From positions 1 to 63,634 of the forward strand of contig JBHGNT010000161.1 in NCBI GenBank assembly GCA_043228905.1: 63,634 nucleotides of DNA. Reading direction: 5' to 3'. The DNA is from Azolla caroliniana (Eukaryota > Plantae > Polypodiophyta). Positions 59,701-63,634 of this stretch are shown here, one piece after another. Numbering within the stretch: position 1 is the stretch's first letter; each line of letters begins with the position of its first letter. Made by a program: the position numbers and the translations under genes. The notes under the pieces were generated by a model, which saw nothing but the letters and a program-made list of their open reading frames with translations, searched no databases and was not told the DNA's origin.

Positions 59701-62235
59701 TAAAATCCAAGATTAAGGATAATATGACATACCATAAGGATTTACCATGTATAAGAAGTATCATACCCATGGGCCACATGCTGTTTCCATCATCGGAGAC
59801 TGGTGCCTAAGATAAAGTTCAAGATTTCGGATGAGGTGACATATCATAAGAATTTGCCAAGCATAAGAATATCATACCAATAGGCCATCTGTCGTTTTCA
59901 TCAGAGTTATCTCCTAACGTTTTGCAATTTTTGTTTACTTTGACAATGAACTTGATATATCTTTCTTATTTCCTTCAAACCATTTTGTACTCCAATCTTG
60001 GCCACTATCTGGTAATCAAGGGTGAAGTCTTTTTGCAAATTGATCAGTCTTGGTAAAATCATCATCTCCCAAACCTCCATGAGTGTTGGCATGGCATATT
60101 TTACTCTTGCAAAGAACTTCCAAGCATCTGGAGGTAAAATAAATTCATACTACACTTTGTTGGGAATATTCATTTTGTACATTTCTTCGAAGGCCATTAT
60201 ACCAAGCACCTATGTTGCCACGTAGAGCAATAAATAGTGCTAGTTTCTCTGTATTTTATCTTTATCCAAGTATGAGGCATTATATTTGAATGAGCAAATG
60301 GGCTCTCAGTAAACAGTTTGCTGGAAAAAACTGAACTGTCCTTTCGACAAGATAGATCATCTAGTCCCATGGCAGTAGAACTCAAAAGTTCAAAGCAGCT
60401 GAAAGAAAAGTGGTTCATGGGACTATTTTTCTCATTGCACATAGCAGACCGTAGTGTCCCAGAACACTGTCCTAGTTCTAGTCTTGACAACTATCCTGGC
60501 ACAGGATTCTAGCTTTGACAGCTGTTCCATTTGTCCTTGGACCCTAGAGGCTGCATTTTAGCCCTGTCATTTGTACTACTATTGCCAATTGAAGTAACTA
60601 AGTACTCAATATTTGCTGTAAGTACTCATATTATTTGTGATATTCCGAACAGTTTAAACCTGCATGACAACAAACAATAAATACACTAATTTACTTTGGC
60701 AATGACAACGATCTCGCAAACATCTACAATAAATAGATCTACTTTGAGTTTGATGTTGTTCATCTTATATTGCTAACTCTGGATTAGTTGATGCCTCCTT
60801 GAAAGCTTCCGATTGAGTGCAGTTCCTCTTTCTAGAATTTAACTATTACTTTGTTTTATGTAGTAGCTACTGATGCATTTTTTCAAGCTATTTACTTTTT
60901 CATTTTCTATTCATTTTTCACCCTCATTCACACTAAATTTGTAATCCAAGAATATTCTAGTCATAAATTTGGTGAACTCATGTTTTTGGCTTGTACAGCC
61001 ATATATATGCATATATACATATCATCCCAATTTTTTTTTAAAGTTGGTTGGCTCAATGAATGTCACTTCAGAGTATTTTGTTTAGATAATCAAATAATAC
61101 TAGATAGTATGTGTATTTTACTATGTATAGAATCTCTATAAATGCTAGTTAAGCTCTCTTTTTTTGCTTTTCTATCTCAAATTGAGTAAACATTCCACTA
61201 TTCTTTAGAAATGCTATAACTATTGACGATTGTATCTTCAAAAACGGTCTCAACATGTTGCCACATTCTTATTTCTTTGGTTTCTATTTATGATGCTTAC
61301 CGTGTTATCCTTTTGTTGAATCTTACAAACAATAAGGCTTTTCAACTTGCAGCCAAGGGCTTTTCTAAATTTCCCTATGGGGGAACTTAAACTTGAGGAA
61401 GAACAGAGAGAATGGGGAACTGCTCTCTCTGTTAATGGTCTTATTGGTACCAAGCTACTCAATGGCTTAGTTTTGGCAGAGTATCGAGATGAAGAACTAA
61501 ACTTGAAATATAAATACAAGGTATAATTTTTATATATAATTTGGTCACAGAATCTTTTTTACACATCTTCTAATGGTCGTCTCACTGCCGAAGCTTTTAT
61601 TCAGGATGAAGAACTGACCATTGCCCCATCAATATCGCTACCTTCTCAGTCGTTATCTCTTGCTTTCAAGCGCCAATTTGATCAAGCCAATAAATTGAGG
61701 TTGCTATTTACCTTTCCTTTCTATATTATATACTTTAAAATTGTATGCTTTTTAATGCCATTTTCATGGCCAATATGTGGCCTGAACTGTTTGAATGTAT
61801 ATCCTTTTTAGTGCAACCATTTTGTCTGAGTGAGGACATATGTCTATTCTTCGTGGCATTGATTTATGGTTTTCCCTTTCTTCAAGCTACTTTTACAATT
61901 TTGATTCGACTGCATGGAATGCTGTCTACAAGCACCAAACAAATGAGAATTTCAAGTTCAAAGCTGGCTACGACTCAAATGTTAGAGTTGGTTGGGCAGG
62001 AGCATGGGTAGTTAATTACTTTCAAATTTAATGTAAAAGACTACAGTTTTATAGATTTACTAGCAATACAACTTTCTGACTCGGTTTTCTGTAACCTTTG
62101 CAGATTGGCAAAGAAGAGGCTGGTGCCAAGACAGCTCCAAGGAAGTGTAAGTTTCAGATCATGCTGCAGGTACCTCAGGATGATATCCAGTCGGCAGCTG
62201 TACTGTTCAAGGTGAAAAAACGTTGGGATATATGA
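56433..62235 (+). CDS. OEP37: Chloroplast outer envelope pore protein 37 homologue, 6 exons, about 318 aa
   Basis: Exons 56433-56783, 56947-57036, 61353-61520, 61605-61699, 61887-62007 and 62104-62235, all GT-AG and in frame. Motifs match plant OEP37: KVSSEYDSE..NKVS, KHLSVLYD, QQGEV, PRA..FP.GE, PSISLPS..AFKR, KAGYDS.VR.GWA, MLQVPQDDI, VKKRWDI. Confidence 0.93.
56947..57036 (+). CDS. OEP37: OEP37 exon 2
   Basis: CAG|SQQGEVKLIARSSDAKYQAEVGYDVPSLGL|GTGAG. Confidence 0.9.
61353..61520 (+). CDS. OEP37: OEP37 exon 3
   Basis: CAG|PRAFLNFPMGELKLEE...DEELNLKYKYK|GT. Confidence 0.9.
61605..61699 (+). CDS. OEP37: OEP37 exon 4
   Basis: CAG|DEELTIAPSISLPSQSLSLAFKRQFDQANKL|GT, phase 2. Confidence 0.9.
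61887..62007 (+). CDS. OEP37: OEP37 exon 5
   Basis: AAG|(S)YFYNFDSTAWNAVYKH..KAGYDSNVRVGWAGAW|GT. Confidence 0.88.
62104..62235 (+). CDS. OEP37: OEP37 exon 6
   Basis: CAG|IGKEEAGAKTAP..MLQVPQDDIQSAAVLFKVKKRWDI then TGA. Confidence 0.92.
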   Translation: MGKEEAGAKTAPRKCKFQIMLQVPQDDIQSAAVLFKVKKRWDI

Positions 62236-63634
62236 TCAAGATCAAGGCTTCCATATGGCTCACAGATACAATGATGATGGGAAGTTCCAATGAATTTTAT
62301 TTCCATGCTATCATGATTCTTTAGCAAGTTGCCTTCATATACCCTTTTATTAGTTGTTAAGAGTTTGTATAAGAGAAATCAGCTACGGCTTCTTGTAGAA
62401 TTTTTATTCTGCCCAGTAAATTGGGTGAATATGTCCACTGTCCATCGATTATTTTTATACAAGAAAAGCTTTGTAGCCCCTATGTTTGTACATTTATTTT
62501 GGAGACTGGGAGATGTGCTCTAGATTGACTGTCTGGGGATGACTGATATAAGCGACATTGCATCTGTGGTTTGATATATGCAATAATTAATGAACGAAAG
62601 AAACCAGGTATAAATGCTGACTTGGGAAGTTGGGGCTGTATGAGAAATTGGTCCAGATAATTACTGTCCACAAGTAGATGGATTGTGTCGGGGCATGATG
62701 TGGTTAATTAGCTTGCATCCCTTATTTTGACTCGTGGTTTGGTTGCATTACAAGTAACAATCGGCAACCAAACCGAGAAACCGTTGTTCCTCACCTTTTT
62801 ACAAGTAGCATTTTTATTCTCTTTCTACTAGTTGTTTCTCACCTTTTTGGAATTTACTTATTAAATTCAAATGAGGCGTGTGTATCTCTTGTCAATATAT
62901 ACTTGAAGTTAATCAATGATTTTAGCAAGATGCTGTATGTTCCAATCTATCTCATGAATCGTCACAAGTTGCAAATCAGACCACAACACTTCTATTCTCT
63001 GCAAAACACCCATGAGTTTTTTTTTTTATTTCCTTGAATGCCCCTGAGTTTTTGTTATTTCTGCAAAAGACCCTGGGTCTACCTAAAAGTAAAGAACAAG
63101 GGGATGAATCAACCTGGTTAATGGTCAAAATAACACTTAATGGTCAGAACAAGGGTATGCTTTGATGTGATCATCGCATAAATATGGTGGCGCTTTTGGG
63201 GGTTGACTAAGCATTAGAAAAATAATGAAAACACATGAAGGAAAACTGTAGGTGAGTTGAGAGCATTTTTCCCCTCAAAAAATTTGCTATATTTGTATGC
63301 CCCTTTCAATTGAATGAAATTTTTTGTTGTATCCAAATCCATTTGCATAAAGTCAATATACTAAGTATTTAATGGATGAGTTGACATCGTGAAATGTTTT
63401 TATGATGATGAACTAATGTCAGTTTTAAGATCTTAGACGGTTCTCATTACAAGTTGCATCATGAATAGTTTTAATTGCCTTTATGACTTTTGTGTACATG
63501 AAAAAGAAACTTAATCAAATATTTTATGGGGGTTGCAATGAATTTGAGTGGTTGATAAGTTCCCGAATAAGAATTTGAAACATAGCGAATCTCTTTCTTA
63601 ATCTTAAATTTATTCTTCTATAGTAGTCTCCATT

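Noticed and set aside
58000-60550. Possible decayed non-LTR or Penelope-like element in OEP37 intron 2
   Set aside because: Composition hints at an old minus-strand coding remnant, but I could not recover convincing RT motifs by eye; needs TBLASTN or HMM search.

Overview
Land-plant nuclear DNA. A fern-like origin is inferred from the retroelement types but not proven. The window has three parts. (1) A tandem array of about 70 (hand count) intact, degenerate and partial tRNA-Pro copies on the + strand, at 756-1242 and 14460-24955. Its homogeneous core has a 146-bp unit and nine identical, foldable tRNA-Pro(TGG) copies. The array is split by Copia elements, solo LTRs and a hAT-type element. 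(2) A nested retroelement pile from 25.0 to 55.6 kb. A deleted Copia is cut by a LINE. The LINE hosts a chromodomain-bearing Ty3/Gypsy element (itself hosting an intact Copia with apparently identical LTRs and a 1441-aa ORF) and a Copia > Copia > solo-LTR nest. (3) One host gene, a six-exon chloroplast outer envelope pore protein OEP37 homologue (56433-62235). The most unusual item is the tRNA-Pro array: every gene is wrapped in inverted repeats, most core units lack a Pol III terminator, the units share a T49-A65 T-stem variant, and a few intact copies have shifted anticodons. Secondary signals include tRNA-like A/B boxes inside two LTR elements, a conserved hairpin around the Copia PPT, a charged C-terminal Pol extension lying between two PPT-like motifs, and a palindromic repeat ladder in the Gypsy leader. 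All coordinates, counts and alignments were done by eye.
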